Source of the DNA: Gnetum montanum
Lineage: Eukaryota > Plantae > Gnetophyta
Direction of reading: 5' to 3'
NCBI GenBank assembly: GCA_015680685.1
Contig: MNCI01003076.1
Span: forward strand, 19,389 to 83,388
Length of the DNA: 64,000 nt
The notes under the pieces were generated by a model. It ran no database searches, was not told the origin of the DNA, and worked only from the letters and a program-made list of their open reading frames with translations. Shown here piece after piece: positions 50,701-63,523 of this stretch (position 1 is the first letter of the stretch; every line of letters begins with the position of its first letter). Position numbers and translations under genes: made by a program.

Positions 50701-53700
50701 TCCTTGCAGGTTGGAACAATGTGGGGTGTAGGATTGATTATCGGCCCTGCACTTGGAGGCTTTCTTGCTCAGGTGTGTTTAAAATTGACTGATAGTTGTA
50801 GCCTTCTAGTATTGTTGTATGTTAGTGCATCCTCAACCATTGACTCAGATCAATATTTATTTATATAGTACACAATCCTTTACATTGTAAATACATAGTT
50901 TAATCAATTCTCCATTTCCATTCCTACCTAGGATTGGAGCTTAAGGCTAGCAAGCATAGTTGAGATCATGGATGAATTTATGTCATTTACCATGCTAATT
51001 TTTTTGTTTGATTTTTTGACATTGCTGAGAGCTAGCCTGCAGAAAAGTTTCCAAGGATTTTCTCAGAGTCTTCCATATTTGGAAGGTGTTTTCTTTGTGT
51101 TCATGATTTAAATACTTCCATTATGTTATACAAAAGTGGTAGATTCTGAATAATGTTTTTTGTTTTGGCAATAATGCATGTATACTGATTGTTTATAGTT
51201 CGGTGGTGCACATACTCATACCAGTTGCATGATTCCAGGTTCCCATATTTTTTACCTTCCATTTCAATTACAATTATCTGCGGTGGAGTTTTGCTGGCTA
51301 CATTTTGGCTCCCGGTAATTCCTTTTTTCAAACTTTTAAACAATTTATTTTTGTTATGATTTCTTGGACCGGCATGGCTGTCCTAGTATGGATGCCTGTG
51401 ATGGCTTGTGTGAATTATAGCAGTAGAAATGACAGTGTTTACGCCAACATAATGAAATATAAAACAAAACAAGGTCTGTTGCAGCCAAACTTGAGAGCTG
51501 GCAAAATGCTCAATATTTAAAGCTAGTTACAATATCTTGCTTGCTTATCTATAATGGAGTTGGGACTTTTACGAGACTCTCTGGAATGTTCTTGAGTATC
51601 ATACTTTTATATGATTTAACTTTGGTCTTGGAGGGTTGCATGAGCCCAGTTATGGTCTTCAACCAAGACATGCTATGTAGTCCTGGGAACTCATTACATC
51701 ACATCAAATGAACTCTGCCACTTGCATGAGTAAAACACAAGCTCTAGGATAGCAGGATGCTTGCACCTGGCAGATGTCCTGCTGTGTCTCTATGTTAGCA
51801 ACTAAAGCTGCAATTTGAACACCTCAAGCCATGAGGTTTTATGATACAAGGCTGAAATATACAAAATGAGTAATGACCCTAGCCACTCTGCTGAAAAATA
51901 GAAGTTAAAAGGGAATCCCATCACTTCTCAATGTTGTCTCTCAATAATTTGTTATACTAGCAGTATGCCTTGCAGTGGATGTTTACGTGTATCCTTAACG
52001 TAATCCATTTGCACACAATTCTCAAAAAAGTAAGTGTCCTATGTTTACGTGTGAGCAATGATGTCACAAGGCAACTACGTCACAAATGGTGAACTGTACA
52101 CTGATAGCATGATTCAGATATATTTGTATGAGGATCAAAGTTGAGGAAGCAATAAAAATAGAGAGGCTTTTGTTCCCTAGAACATTAGAGCTATAAGCAT
52201 CGACTAAGCCCCCTTTGGGGGTGATGCACAATTACTACTGGGATGACAAAGGTAGGTTCAAATTGCGTGTAAGGTGTGGCTTTTAGAATAGATGAGTAAA
52301 TAGTTGTCAGAAGATGTGAAAATCGATTGGAAATTTATAAAATTTGGAGCTGTGTATACATCCTCTATTTCAGTAATAGATTGACTGCCATGTCCAGTGA
52401 TTGCACTCCATAAAGAAAGAGGAGGTAGAGAGAGAAACTTTCCTTCTTCTCGATATAGAGAGAGGATCCAGTTTTTAGTTTTTCTCTTTCCTTTCTTTAT
52501 AGAATTAACTGTTGCAAGTTAATTTTTTGGTGAGAGAACTCCGTGATTTGGCACAAAGATTGACCAAGGCAAGGTCAGAGGATGAGCCTTAGGCTAAGGT
52601 GGAGGATTATAACCTCCATGTTTTGGGCTAGTTTTGGGACCCCAAGTTTTTGTGAGATGCCAATATTTTTAACGGTAAGTGGTGGTCAGTAAGTGTTTTA
52701 GAGACTAAGGAACCATGTCGGATTGGAATTACTGGGTGAGAGATATCACCAAATCTATCCATTTCTTGACAGTCATGTTTTTCCTCATTTTCTTTGAATC
52801 TGGTTCTACCGTATTTTCATAAAAAATAGAACTATCTCCTAATGCAAAATCAGGTACCAAGAATGAGAATGTCATCTCCTCTAAATATTGTAGCTAGGTA
52901 GATTCGACTCTCTTGTTCCAAAAAATAAAACAATGTAGGTTTGTCTCAAATTTACGAATGTACATTTAGACTCTCTCATTTATATGAGATTAGAAGCCTA
53001 AGATTCATCCCTTTTGATACATCTCTATTTTTTGGGTACTTTTGAATTCATATTTCATGCTGAAATATAGCATATACTGTCTAGGAAATGCAAGAATACA
53101 GAACAAGACATTTTAAGAAAAAATCTTAACATTCGTGTCTTAATTCATGTTTAAAATGCATTTTGTATGTTCCTGCATTCTTATATCCAGAGATCTGTGC
53201 ATCAGGATTAAAGGTTTAGAACGACAACACCTTAACCTTTCTTGGTTTTTTGCTAACCCTAAAAATACCTAAGCATCTGTTATTTTTAATCATTACATGA
53301 ATGTTAGATGATTTTTCTTGAAAATATGATTGTTATTTGATATATGGTTGTTATTTGAAAGCCAAAGATAATTGATTGTTGTTTCTACTTTAGGAAACAA
53401 TTCATAAGCATTCCTTGCAAAATGAAGAACAATACAAGGGTTATGATGTAGAACATGGTAGAGAAAAAGATTCTGCTAATGGAGAAAGTGAACACTCATT
53501 GTTAAAGAATTGGGCTGCAATAGCTTCGATTATTATTTATTGTGTTTTTGCTCTGCATGATATTGCATATTCAGAGGTATGATCATGGTTGTTTTTTTCC
53601 CATGATTAGAGTACTACATATGTCTTGTTAGTTTCCACTTTGGAACATATTATTGTTAAGGCACGTCTGAAATAGCTCTATATATGCAGATTTTTGATCT

Positions 53701-56700
53701 CTGGACTGTAAGCCCAGAGAAATATGGGGGCTTGAATTACACAACTAGTGATGTTGGGGTAATATTGTCGATCACAGGTATTTTATACACAGATTTCTAT
53801 CATGAAGGAAATGTTAACTTCTTCTGTAACTTTTGAATTATAGAATTATCTTCTGGATATTTAATTGTATTCATTTCAATACTCTTTGCAATTGTGTTTA
53901 ATTGTCAACTTAATATAGGCCTCGTTTTCTTTTTTGCCAATTACAGCTGCACTAGCTGAAGAACGTATAGTTGGTCCTTCAACACCCTGGAAAATATTTA
54001 TTGTTAGATTGTTATTTTCAAAGTCCTTTTTCTCCCCTTTTTCAGTAGTTGTTGAACCAAGAAATTCTCATGTTGAATGATTATGATGATTTTGCTATGG
54101 AATATGGTCTACACGTGCATGCATTCCCACATTTTTAGGATTGGTCAAATTATCCTACATGTCTAAGGGAAATAAAAAATTTCATTATTTTCTGTTTTAA
54201 GTTGCACCAGTATTTTAATGTTAAAACTGTTCAATCTTTAGCAGAGTCTGAATACTAACAAAGTCTAACCAACTGAATTTTGAAGGTGTTGGGCTTCTTG
54301 TATGCCAGCTTCTATTTTTTGCACCATTTGCCAATTTTGCTGGGGCCATCCTCACTACACGCATTCCAATAGTATGTCCCCTTTGGATGTCATATACTAT
54401 GATCTACTGAACAATTGATAATTGGTGTTTGATTCTCTTTAGATAATCAATTGTAAGTATTTTATTCATTGGTATGCAGGTGATTGGTATACCGGTATTG
54501 GTTTTGCATCCATTTATAGCCATGCTATCAGGTGTATTGCGTTGGATTGCAATCAATTGTGCCTCACTGATTAAGAACGTACTAGCGGTGTGTATTCATG
54601 TGCATTTACTCTATTTTAAAAATATTCTTGTTTTCTGCTTTAATTAGCTCCTAATTAGTATGCACATGTATTTGTGTACTGAACTAATCATATTTATTTA
54701 AAATAGAGCAGAGGGATTTTCATAAAAGAAATGATATTACGTATTCTCATTGGAAACAAGGCACTTTATACAATATTCTATGCATGATAGCACTAGCTTT
54801 ATGAAACTAGGTTATAAAAATTGTTCTGTGGGTTTTATAATCAGAAAAGATTCATCTTCAGTCTCATAGATACGAGCTGTCTGAATATTGTTATGTTTAA
54901 GCATTATACTGAGCCGTCTTTTACTTGTTTGTTCATCAATTATTCCTTGATGAAACTGTCAATATGATATTTCTTATTATTTCCACTGTTAAGCACACCT
55001 TGAGTTATGCCCATAGCAAAACAAAAGATATTTTCTGAAGACATTGCATCTCTCTATTGATTTCATGTCCACTTCTGTAAACTGTGATACTGTATTAACC
55101 ATTGATTGACAAATATATGGACACTCCCCATCAGGCTCTATGTAATTGCTAATGCAGATTCATTCTTAATGTCTCAGGATTGGTTCAGCTACCATCTTTC
55201 CTTTTGTTGAACATGCACATTGGTCAATCTCATTATTCCACCAGTTTAGTCTATATTTTAAGTTGGTGAATAGTGTGCTATGATGCAATGTTGCATCTCA
55301 TACAGTTTCTTCTATGTGAGTTTAACCAAGTTTTGATGTAGTACCATGCAATTCTTTGCATGCTTGAGAAATAGGATTCTGTTACTAGCAACCAGAATAG
55401 CATCATGAGCAATTAGCCAGTTATGCAATGTAGAAAAATGGTTTCTATATGCCCTGAATCATATTCCAAGTTTTTTGTATGTATTGAAAAAAAAAATATA
55501 AATTGGACCAAAAACTAGGAATAAAAGAGGCTAAAATTACAAGATTAGAAATAGGACAAAAAATAGAAGATAGACACTTGTACATATTATTGCTGCTACA
55601 TAACTAATTTATGAATCCTTTTGTTTGCTGCTTGCAAATTAAACATGCAATATGCAAACAATGTTAAAATAGTAATAAATTCTATTATGAAACATGTTGA
55701 CTACATGAAATCTAGGAAGCACAGAGCCTATTACTTTATAAATTGTTTCTGACAACAAGATTTAAATAGGTGCATGACGGTTCTGTAACAGATAATGGAG
55801 TAGACGTCTCATTCAAATAATCAAATTTGATACTTTTAATGAAATCCCCATTAAAGAGCAGCTGCGATGCTTGTTAATTGCTTATCCCTACAGAACTCTT
55901 TTATTAGCATTTAACAAGCGATTACTATTTTATGGGCTGTTATTTATCATAGTTTATAGCTTTATATATTTAATCTTCACCTAGATTTAGAAAATCTCAT
56001 TTGTGATTTTAATTGAGCAGAGGGCTCATGTTGACAATATACTTGCTACCTTTAAAACATTATTCAATAATTTTTATTTTCCTTTAAAGGAAACATTGAA
56101 TGTAGATTGAATCGATATATCAATAGATTAAATGCCTAATTGCCTAAAGTTAGGTGCTGTATGTTTTCATCTTGGAAAGGTATACCTTGTTTTGACATGA
56201 TAATGTGAATTTATAATGTCACTAAACTAGGTGGCAACTTGCACTGGAACATACCTTTTGCTGAACAATTCTGTGGTATGATTTCTTAAAACTTTGTTTT
56301 AATCCCATTAAAACTCTTCTTTAACATGTGTTTTCACTTTTGTGCTGGACATGGTGGCATAGGTTTTGTTACCTGATGAAACTTACATCATCAATAAATT
56401 TTGCAGCCTCAATCCCAGAGAGGAATTGCAAATGGAGTAGCTTTGACTGGAATGTCATTTTTCAAAGCAATAGGACCTACAGCTGGTGGTTCTTTGTAAG
56501 TATCTAAAGCACTATAACTTTGCTATAATTTTATACAGGAGACTAACAGTCTGACAATAATTAGTTATTGGTTATGTAATCTATTAATTATGATAATCTG
56601 AATATTTTTACTTCTACGTCGGGATTAATTTATGTTTTATTATTATCCGGTATTTATTTGTTTGTTGAATAAAATTAATAGTATATATACTTGATGTCTT

Positions 56701-59700
56701 GTCAACCCTTTTTATCATCAATCTGGGGATGGAGGAGTGAGAGTTTACATCCTTTTAGAGTTACAAACAGGATGCTTTTCTAGCAGGTTTCTCTCAGACA
56801 GCCTAATCCTTTTCTGACAATGTTAATTCCATGCCTCTCTTTTAAACAAAATAATATTTTATGAGAAATGTAAATCCTAATTTAATCTAGCCAATAGTTG
56901 CCACAAGTAGAGCTTGAGCCTCCAACTTGCAATTTGTTAGATGGACATGCAACCAAGTATGCTATAAGACCATTGGCACATGCCTCTTGTTTGTCCCAAA
57001 AAAAAGAAAAACTCAACTTCCTAGGTTATAGCGACTACCGTATCTACTCAGTAGAGATAATAATGTGATGCCAGCGAATAGTTTTACATGTTAACTAATT
57101 GTTTTAGGCATTCCACTGTGCCGATGAACTGTCAGCATACCTTCTGCTTTGCATGATATGGATGTGTGGCAATAACTATGTTGATCTGTTTCAAATTGCA
57201 GAAACTAGCCCTTTACCGTTTTTTATGTTTCACTGTATATTTGTTCAAAGCATCTTTAGATATGCCTTCAAGGTATCTTTTTATCCTCCACGAGAATGGG
57301 AATTCTTATTTCTGCAGGGCTTGGGTCACAAAATTCAAACAGAAAATTCACATGCATATACACGAAGCAGTATTATTCTTTCAGTTAACTCCTTTTTAAT
57401 TTTTGTTGATCCTCACCTTCACTAAAATTACAAGCCACTATAAGAGTATAGTTTTTGTTTTCTTTTCCCTAGAAAATCTCAAAATTGCACTTCCTCTAAA
57501 ACAGCAGTACCGAAAGTCTTCTTTTTTGTTTATCTCCACTATGCTAGCACCATATCCTTTGCTAGTTATACCAAAAGTTTTGTGCAAAGCAAGTTTGTCA
57601 CACCAAAAAATAAAATAAAATAAAAGCAAAAACCCACCGCTAATTTGATTTACTCAGAAATGTGCTCACAAATAATCAATGCAGTAAAATATGTCTTAGT
57701 CTTTCTCTTTCCTAACTATAGAAAGTACCTGTGTCCATGACATCTTTCCTCAACAAATGAGAAAATCTCTTATTGGGATCTTGTCGTTAAGGCACTTGAT
57801 CAAAAAGATATAGACTCATGGTGTATTACTTGTTATACGTTATCTCTTTCCAAGCTTTGTGAAGCTCATCCCAATTAACAGTGTGCAATGACGCTAGGAA
57901 ATATTCTCTTTATCCATTCAACCCAGTCAATTATGGTTTTAGGTGTTTCAAAAATATGAGACCATGTACAACACAGAGATTTCCAGTGGTAAGCAGATGA
58001 GCTAAAGTTTACCAGCTTGTGATAATGTTTTAGCTTCCTAACAAATTTTGCAAGGACTTCTTCCGACATTTGCTTATCTATCTACTAGGGCCTAATGAAA
58101 TACCCAAGCACTTTGTTGGAAGGTATCAACGGAGTAGCCCAAAAGTTTGCTATATTCTTGTCTCAGAAATCCGAAGGCAGTATAATTTAACTCTTGTTCA
58201 TATTTGTAATTATCCTCAGAGAAATTTGGTAACACTTTCTTAATTTTAAACAGAATACATTTCAGAAAAATAAGTGTTTCATCATGAACTGTGAGTTGGT
58301 AAAGTCTAAGCGTCCAAAAGGCAAGCCTTTTATATCACCATTATTTCTCAAAGATTTTAGATAAGAGCCTACATCTTCTGTTTGCAAGGATAAATCATCA
58401 TCATCATCTTTGCCTTGTCTCAACAACATGGATGGCTACATGAGTTCTTTCATCATTCAACTTTATCAAGAGCTAAAGCTTGATCTAATTGCAATCTTAT
58501 TATTTCTTCTTTAACTGTTTCTTTCTATCTCTTTTTTTGGTCTTCCTCTCAATGGGTTTCTAGGAACTGTGAGGCAGCAATCTTTTTTGAGAGGTTCATC
58601 ATCTCATCTTCTTTGAACGTTACCAAATCATATAAGACACCATTCCTGCAGCTTATCTGTAACAGAAGCCATTGCAACTCTTCTTCTAACACATTGCATA
58701 AGACAAAATAGAATCTCCTTGGACGAGTTCATCCTATACTCAAAAGTCACCATATTTTTGCTGGTCTTCAGAATTGAACACTAGAGGCTTGGAAACTCTA
58801 AATTGCAGCTTCTTGATCCAATCAGCTGTAAATCACAAATGTTTTAGAACAACACATTAGAGTTCTACATTTTTGCAAATCAAGTATTCATGTGCAGATT
58901 TTTCCTAAAACACAGCAGGTATACATTTAATCCTTCTTTCCACAAGATCCATATTCCTTCGTTAAAATCAATGATGCTCAATGGCACAATCAGCATTCTA
59001 GAACAACTTGTTAATGATAATAGTAATCTAAGTCTCTAATGTTTTTGTTTAGTGGAGGCTTATAAAATTCAATTTCTTAAACATCGCCAATGCCGGATAA
59101 TGTCATAGCGTGTGAGGCTTTTGCAAGGTCTTATGCTCCAGCTGAAGATCGATCTGCATTCCTATGTAGAGGATGAGTGTCCTCCATGCTGTTAGTTAGT
59201 ACCTCTTTGTAGCTCAATTGAGATTCAAATTGCAAAACTTCGATATACTTATATTTTCACCACTTCCTTAAGTTAGATCCTTTCATTTGCATTTCGAAAA
59301 TTTCAAATCCACATCTAGAGTCTCTCCGACTTATCAACCGATTTTCAGATCAAAACAATGACATTTCCAGAAGATTCCTTTATTTGCAAATCGAAATGCT
59401 AAATTATGTCTTTGTGAGACCACAAAGGGTCTATAGGATATAAAATTTGGAAAAATGGCTTACAATGCCAACCATCACCACCATTATCATACTTGCTTTT
59501 ATCCCATCAACATGGGTTAACTCATTGGGGCAGGTAGATAATTGAACAATAATTCATATGTTCAGTTATCTCCTAAAAACATGGGTAAACCCATTAGGGC
59601 AGGTGGATAATTGAACAATAATTTATAAGGTCACCTATCTCATTGATGGGGGTTGTTGGAACCCCAAATTAATTGTAGTTGTAGTAGTATGTGTTGTAGT

Positions 59701-62700
59701 TGTAGTAGTATGTGTAGTAGTATATGTGTACCCCAAGATATATAGTCCAGTTAGAACTTTATTCACAGAATTGAATCTAACTTGTTGCTTTCAAATCTAA
59801 CTTGTTGCTTTCAAATCAAGAGTCTTACCACTAACACTTTTGTTTACCTATCTCCTTATGCCTATCTCCTTATGCTCTTGAATGGACATTTTTACTGTAC
59901 CACCAGGTAACACATATCTTAGCTATCTTAACATAGCTATTAGCTATTGGAATTGAACTTATAGCTTGTACAGTCTCAAACTACATGCTCTAACTAATTC
60001 TGCTATTGGAAAAGATAAAGAGTAATTCCTCTACAATTGACGATATAGAATCAAAACATTGGGTTGTGTCCTGACATTAGATAATTGAAAATTCCATGGT
60101 TTGATACTTCGATCCATGCTTCTGATGTTCTCATTCGATATATTGTTTCTCTTGTTCGTATCCATTGTTTCATGTGCAGCTGGAACCTACAATTTTGCTC
60201 GACATCTCTCCCCCGAACACCCCACAATTTTTTCCCTTTTAATGTATCTTAAATCTATCTGATGGAATTTTGTATATTCTTTAGAATTTGATTAATGTAA
60301 TTATGATTTTTTTTTTAAAATAACGAAGTGATGTAATGAGAAGACAAAGACTTTAGTTTTAGTTTTAAATGGAAGATGGCTGAAGATGAGTTATTTAGTA
60401 GGTAAGCACTGTTTATATGCTCATGTAATGGGCTCTTCATCATATTCATTGGTTGCTTTCGAAGATCCTGGTAAATTCTTGGTTGTACTCCAACACTAAA
60501 GTTTGCTATTGATAAACTACTTGTGAAAAAAATTAATAACCATGATAGCCCAACTTTCCCTCCAAGAAGTTTTGTTGCAACTGTTGTTTCAAGTTCATTG
60601 AGATTTGCTGCTTCAACTATCTCTGTTTTTTTAAATGTTTTTGGGACACAGCCTCAACTATAGCTTGAATATAGAATATATTGGCCAACTAATGTTTTAC
60701 AGTTGTGTTTTAAGGTTTAATTTCTCTGACAATATGTTTTATCCTTTGTAGGTTTGCATGGGCAGAGAAGCGCCAACATGCTTTTTTTCTTCCAGGTACA
60801 TTGTGTCTTGATTGGCTTGTCTTCTGTCAGATAAATTTTAAAATGATTTAAAACAGCAGATTTATATTTGACTCACATGATCTATTTTCTTTCCAGTATT
60901 ATTAGAATTTTAATTGTAAATGGCAGATTTTGTTTTATTGTTGATCTAGCCCAAAGAAATTGCGCGAGCATAACATTGAGACAACACAAATGAAAGCAAG
61001 ATTTCTAATTGATGCAAACCTCAATTTTAACATTATGCCTAACTCAATAATTTATACTGTTTGGTTTGCCCCTGTAAACATCAAATTTATCTTAGGTTCA
61101 TCAAATCTTCGAGAGGATCATGATTTCTTTAATTTATTTTATAGGTACGGTACACGTGTTAAAACTCATGCCATTCTATGTACTAATGTAGTGTTATAAT
61201 CAACAAAATAACCTTACCAAGCGTATGGGTAATGATACGGAAGAAGGAACGTGTTATGATCAAACCATCAAGTTTTCTTGTTTGCTTCATGGCAATGCTC
61301 TAGTAGTAGCGGTCTACTGCCTCAGCATCCGGATGTCAAACATTCAAATACTAGGAATGGCGTCTGTGATCGCCAAGTAACATGGCGAGTTCTTATGGGG
61401 ATAAGTCGGCTAAATTTAAAAAAGTAATCAGTTAAGCTCATTCACCTATCGGTGACGGTGAGCTCATTTACCCTACCGTAAGCGTGATTTCTAAAATTAT
61501 TCAAAGGTATTTGCAATTGACCTCATGCATGAGATCCATTGTTTCACCACAATCCGCATCCAAGTTTGAAATATCCATGCAGCATGATTTGAAATGTAAA
61601 CGACGGCCATCAAATCTCGTAGCAAGTATGCACAAACGAACCATTCAACTGCCAAAGTTCAGCTAAAACCATCATGAGGCCATCCCGAGCTGGGGATGCG
61701 TTTTGTTACGAGGAGCTGTGTTGGACAGCTCATCTGGCCCATAAATTCAAGAACTCATCCATGTCACTGGCATGAATGTCAACAGATCGTAGCCTAATGG
61801 GTCATGAATTGCTGCTCATGGCTTAGGATGCCAACAGATAAGTTCCCATGATATTATATGCCAAGGCACCATAAACTGTTGCGTATGGCTTTATATTCTA
61901 ACCAGTCGCGAACCATTGTCCATTGTTAGATTTTGCATCCCAATATGAAACCCAATGATGTCTGGGTTTCTAGAATTCCTTAAGACTTGCAGGTCCTCCC
62001 TTCCCAACCTAAAAACCCTTGCATTGGTGGAAAGAGGTGGAGAGTGCACATCACTCGTAGTTCTAGAATTGAAGTAGTTCAGGGATTCTTCCATACGACT
62101 TCAGCTTTGTTTCTTTCTGACGTCATTTTTAGACAGATCTATCATGCTATTTTGTTGTTTCAATTAATCATTTCACGCCGGTCCAACAAGTTTGTACCGT
62201 AACCTGTTGCAAGACACCAGAGTGCTACCCTGCTTAGGAAGCACACGATAAAATAACTTACAAACAAATCACGTCACTTGCAAATACCTTTGAATAATTT
62301 ATTCCTCAAGCGTAACCTAGAGAACACACCGAAATATCATGCTTCCTATGAAGCACACGATAAAATAACTTACAAACAAATCACGTCAATTGCAGATACC
62401 TTTGAATAATTTATTCCTCAAGCGTAACCTAGAGAACACACGGAAATATCATGCTTCCTATGAAGCACACGATAAAATAACTTAGAAACAAATCACGTCA
62501 ATTGCAAATACCTTTGAATAATTTATTCCTCAAGCGAACCTAGAGAACACACGGAAGCGAAACTCTGAAGCTGTCAATCTTATTTTGTAATTCTTAACGA
62601 AAACGCTTTGTGAAAATTTGAGTGGAAGTTGAATCGCAAAGAATTCAATAAAAAATTTCAGAATTTAAGCACTTGACATTTTTGTAACATTATATTAGCT

Positions 62701-63189
62701 ATTAGCAGAACCTTGACAATCAAGATTGCTGTGTTGAATCGTTAGAAAAAGAACTGCTTTAAGGTTATAAGAAGATTATCTTTACTTAAATGTGTTAAAC
62801 ATATTAGATCTTTCTAAGAAAAAGCTGTTGCTCATGTTAAGTTTCAGTTTATGTTTTTGAATCTGGCTTCTTATAACGTATTTGCCCGTGACTTTTGTTT
62901 AACTCTCTTTTTATATTTCTTCTGTGAATTTTTATTCTAACCTAGAACATTTCGCTTCATTGCATTTGCCCGTGACTTTTGTTTAACTCTCTTTTTATAT
63001 TTCTTCTGTGAATTTTTATTCTAACCTAGAACATTTCGCTTCATTGCAGGAAGCCACATGGTATTTTTCATGTTAAACGTTGTAGCTTTTGTAACAATTC
63101 TTCTGACTTTTGAGCCGTTTCTACCACGGTCAACAAATGAACCTTTGTCAAAGCAAGATCAAGTTGCACGTACGGAGCAAAATGAATGA
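44550..63189 (+). CDS. ZIFL1: Protein ZINC INDUCED FACILITATOR-LIKE (ZIF1/ZIFL/TOM family MFS transporter), 17 coding exons, 506 aa
   Basis: Manually spliced GT-AG exons, all phases compatible, 1521 nt: 44550-44739, 44962-45002, 49837-49894, 50009-50111, 50231-50333, 50553-50606, 50710-50772, 51036-51085, 51239-51314, 53394-53576, 53690-53777, 54286-54371, 54480-54587, 56231-56275, 56407-56495, 60752-60795, 63050-63189. Family motifs present: [68 protein letters not shown]. Exact orthology within the family is not determinable here. Confidence 0.95.
44962..45002 (+). CDS. ZIFL1: ZIFL exon 2
   Basis: [14 protein letters not shown] between TGCAG and GTACGT. Confidence 0.92.
47300..48330 (-). 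mobile_element. Degenerate non-L1 LINE (RTEX-like) RT/C-terminal remnant in ZIFL intron 2
   Basis: ORF 48088-48327: [13 protein letters not shown]...[11 protein letters not shown]...SYKYLG. Downstream on -: [19 protein letters not shown]...[13 protein letters not shown], a C-terminal Cys/His region. Confidence 0.65.
48353..48530 (+). mobile_element. tRNA-derived SINE with 9-bp TSD
   Basis: A box TAGCCTAGTGG, B box GGTTCAATTCC, TSD AGGGGACTA (48344-48352, 48531-48539). Related copies on - at ~59655-59845 and ~42095-42150. Confidence 0.75.
48803..48922 (+). repeat. ~34-bp tandem repeat, ~3.5 copies
   Basis: Unit TTAAGTTCTTTTAAAGCATCTCATTATGTTCTTC. Confidence 0.8.
49704..49747 (+). mobile_element. 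44-bp RTE 3'-tail insertion with 15-bp TSD
   Basis: CATAGCCAACCCCATTTTGTTGGGACAGGGCTAGGCTGATGATG flanked by ATGTGGAAAACAGGA at 49689-49703 and 49748-49762. Confidence 0.8.
49837..51314 (+). CDS. ZIFL1: ZIFL exons 3-9 cluster
   Basis: [20 protein letters not shown] / [26 protein letters not shown] / [16 protein letters not shown]...GPVR / [12 protein letters not shown] / [21 protein letters not shown] / PAEKFP / FPYFLPS...WLP. Confidence 0.93.
53394..54587 (+). CDS. ZIFL1: ZIFL exons 10-13 cluster
   Basis: ETIHKH...[27 protein letters not shown] / [23 protein letters not shown] / GVGLLVCQL / [18 protein letters not shown]. Confidence 0.93.
56231..56495 (+). CDS. ZIFL1: ZIFL exons 14-15
   Basis: [15 protein letters not shown] / [29 protein letters not shown]. 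Confidence 0.93.
57700..59100 (-). mobile_element. Degenerate L1-like LINE ORF2 fragments in ZIFL intron 15, interrupted by an RTE fragment
   Basis: On -: [13 protein letters not shown] and VQGDS (endonuclease-like, ~58710-58960); GDIKGLP, TNMNKS and PSNKVLGYF (RT-like, ~58090-58340). Confidence 0.45.
58396..58705 (-). mobile_element. RTE-clade LINE 3' fragment
   Basis: On -: [16 protein letters not shown]...RGRPKK, then a GTAGCCATCCATGTTGTTGAGACAAGGC stem-loop and (GAT)n tail. Confidence 0.75.
59655..59845 (-). mobile_element. tRNA-derived SINE copy (family of 48353-48530)
   Basis: Reverse complement reads aaacaaaagtgttagtggtaagactcttgatttg...ttcaattc...taaagttctaactggactatatatctt...gggttccaacaac. 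Confidence 0.6.
60752..60795 (+). CDS. ZIFL1: ZIFL exon 16
   Basis: [15 protein letters not shown] between TGTAG and GTACAT. Confidence 0.92.
62238..62555 (+). repeat. 112-bp tandem repeat, ~2.8 copies
   Basis: GAAGCACACGATAAAATAACTTAC... starts at 62238, 62350 and 62462; near-identical copies. Confidence 0.9.
62881..63048 (+). repeat. 84-bp tandem duplication abutting the last ZIFL splice acceptor
   Basis: 62881-62964 and 62965-63048 appear identical. Confidence 0.9.
63050..63189 (+). CDS. ZIFL1: ZIFL exon 17 (terminal)
   Basis: [31 protein letters not shown]...NE*; TGA at 63187-63189. Confidence 0.92.
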
Positions 63190-63523
63190 ATCAAGTGATT
63201 GGAAATCTTATTTCTAAATTTCGTTGTATTCTGTAATCGAAAAGTTGTCCTTTTTATAATATATTTTCAAAATTCAGAAATTTTGCAAGGCTTTTTCTCC
63301 CATTCGAACAATTTCCTTCATATTTTGTTTAAAAACCAACGTTTTTTTTTGTGCCGATTAACATGTACCACCAGATATCCTGTTGGATATGATGTGTAAA
63401 ATGCAACCTATAATCATAGCGCAAAGCAACCATAAAACTTTACGACGACCTATCAAACACAACAGAGAGATGTCGTTCGACTGCACCACGTACACGTAAA
63501 ACCTAATCATCTTTCTCTCACGT

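Noticed and set aside
51500-52900. Possible solo LTR in ZIFL intron 9 (similar hints at 23050-23560 and 45290-45700)
   Set aside because: LTR-like composition only; I could not define termini, a TSD or a second copy.
62238-62555. CRISPR-like regular repeats (also 48803-48922 and 39900-39960)
   Set aside because: Simple head-to-tail tandem repeats without unique spacers, in eukaryotic DNA with no cas genes.
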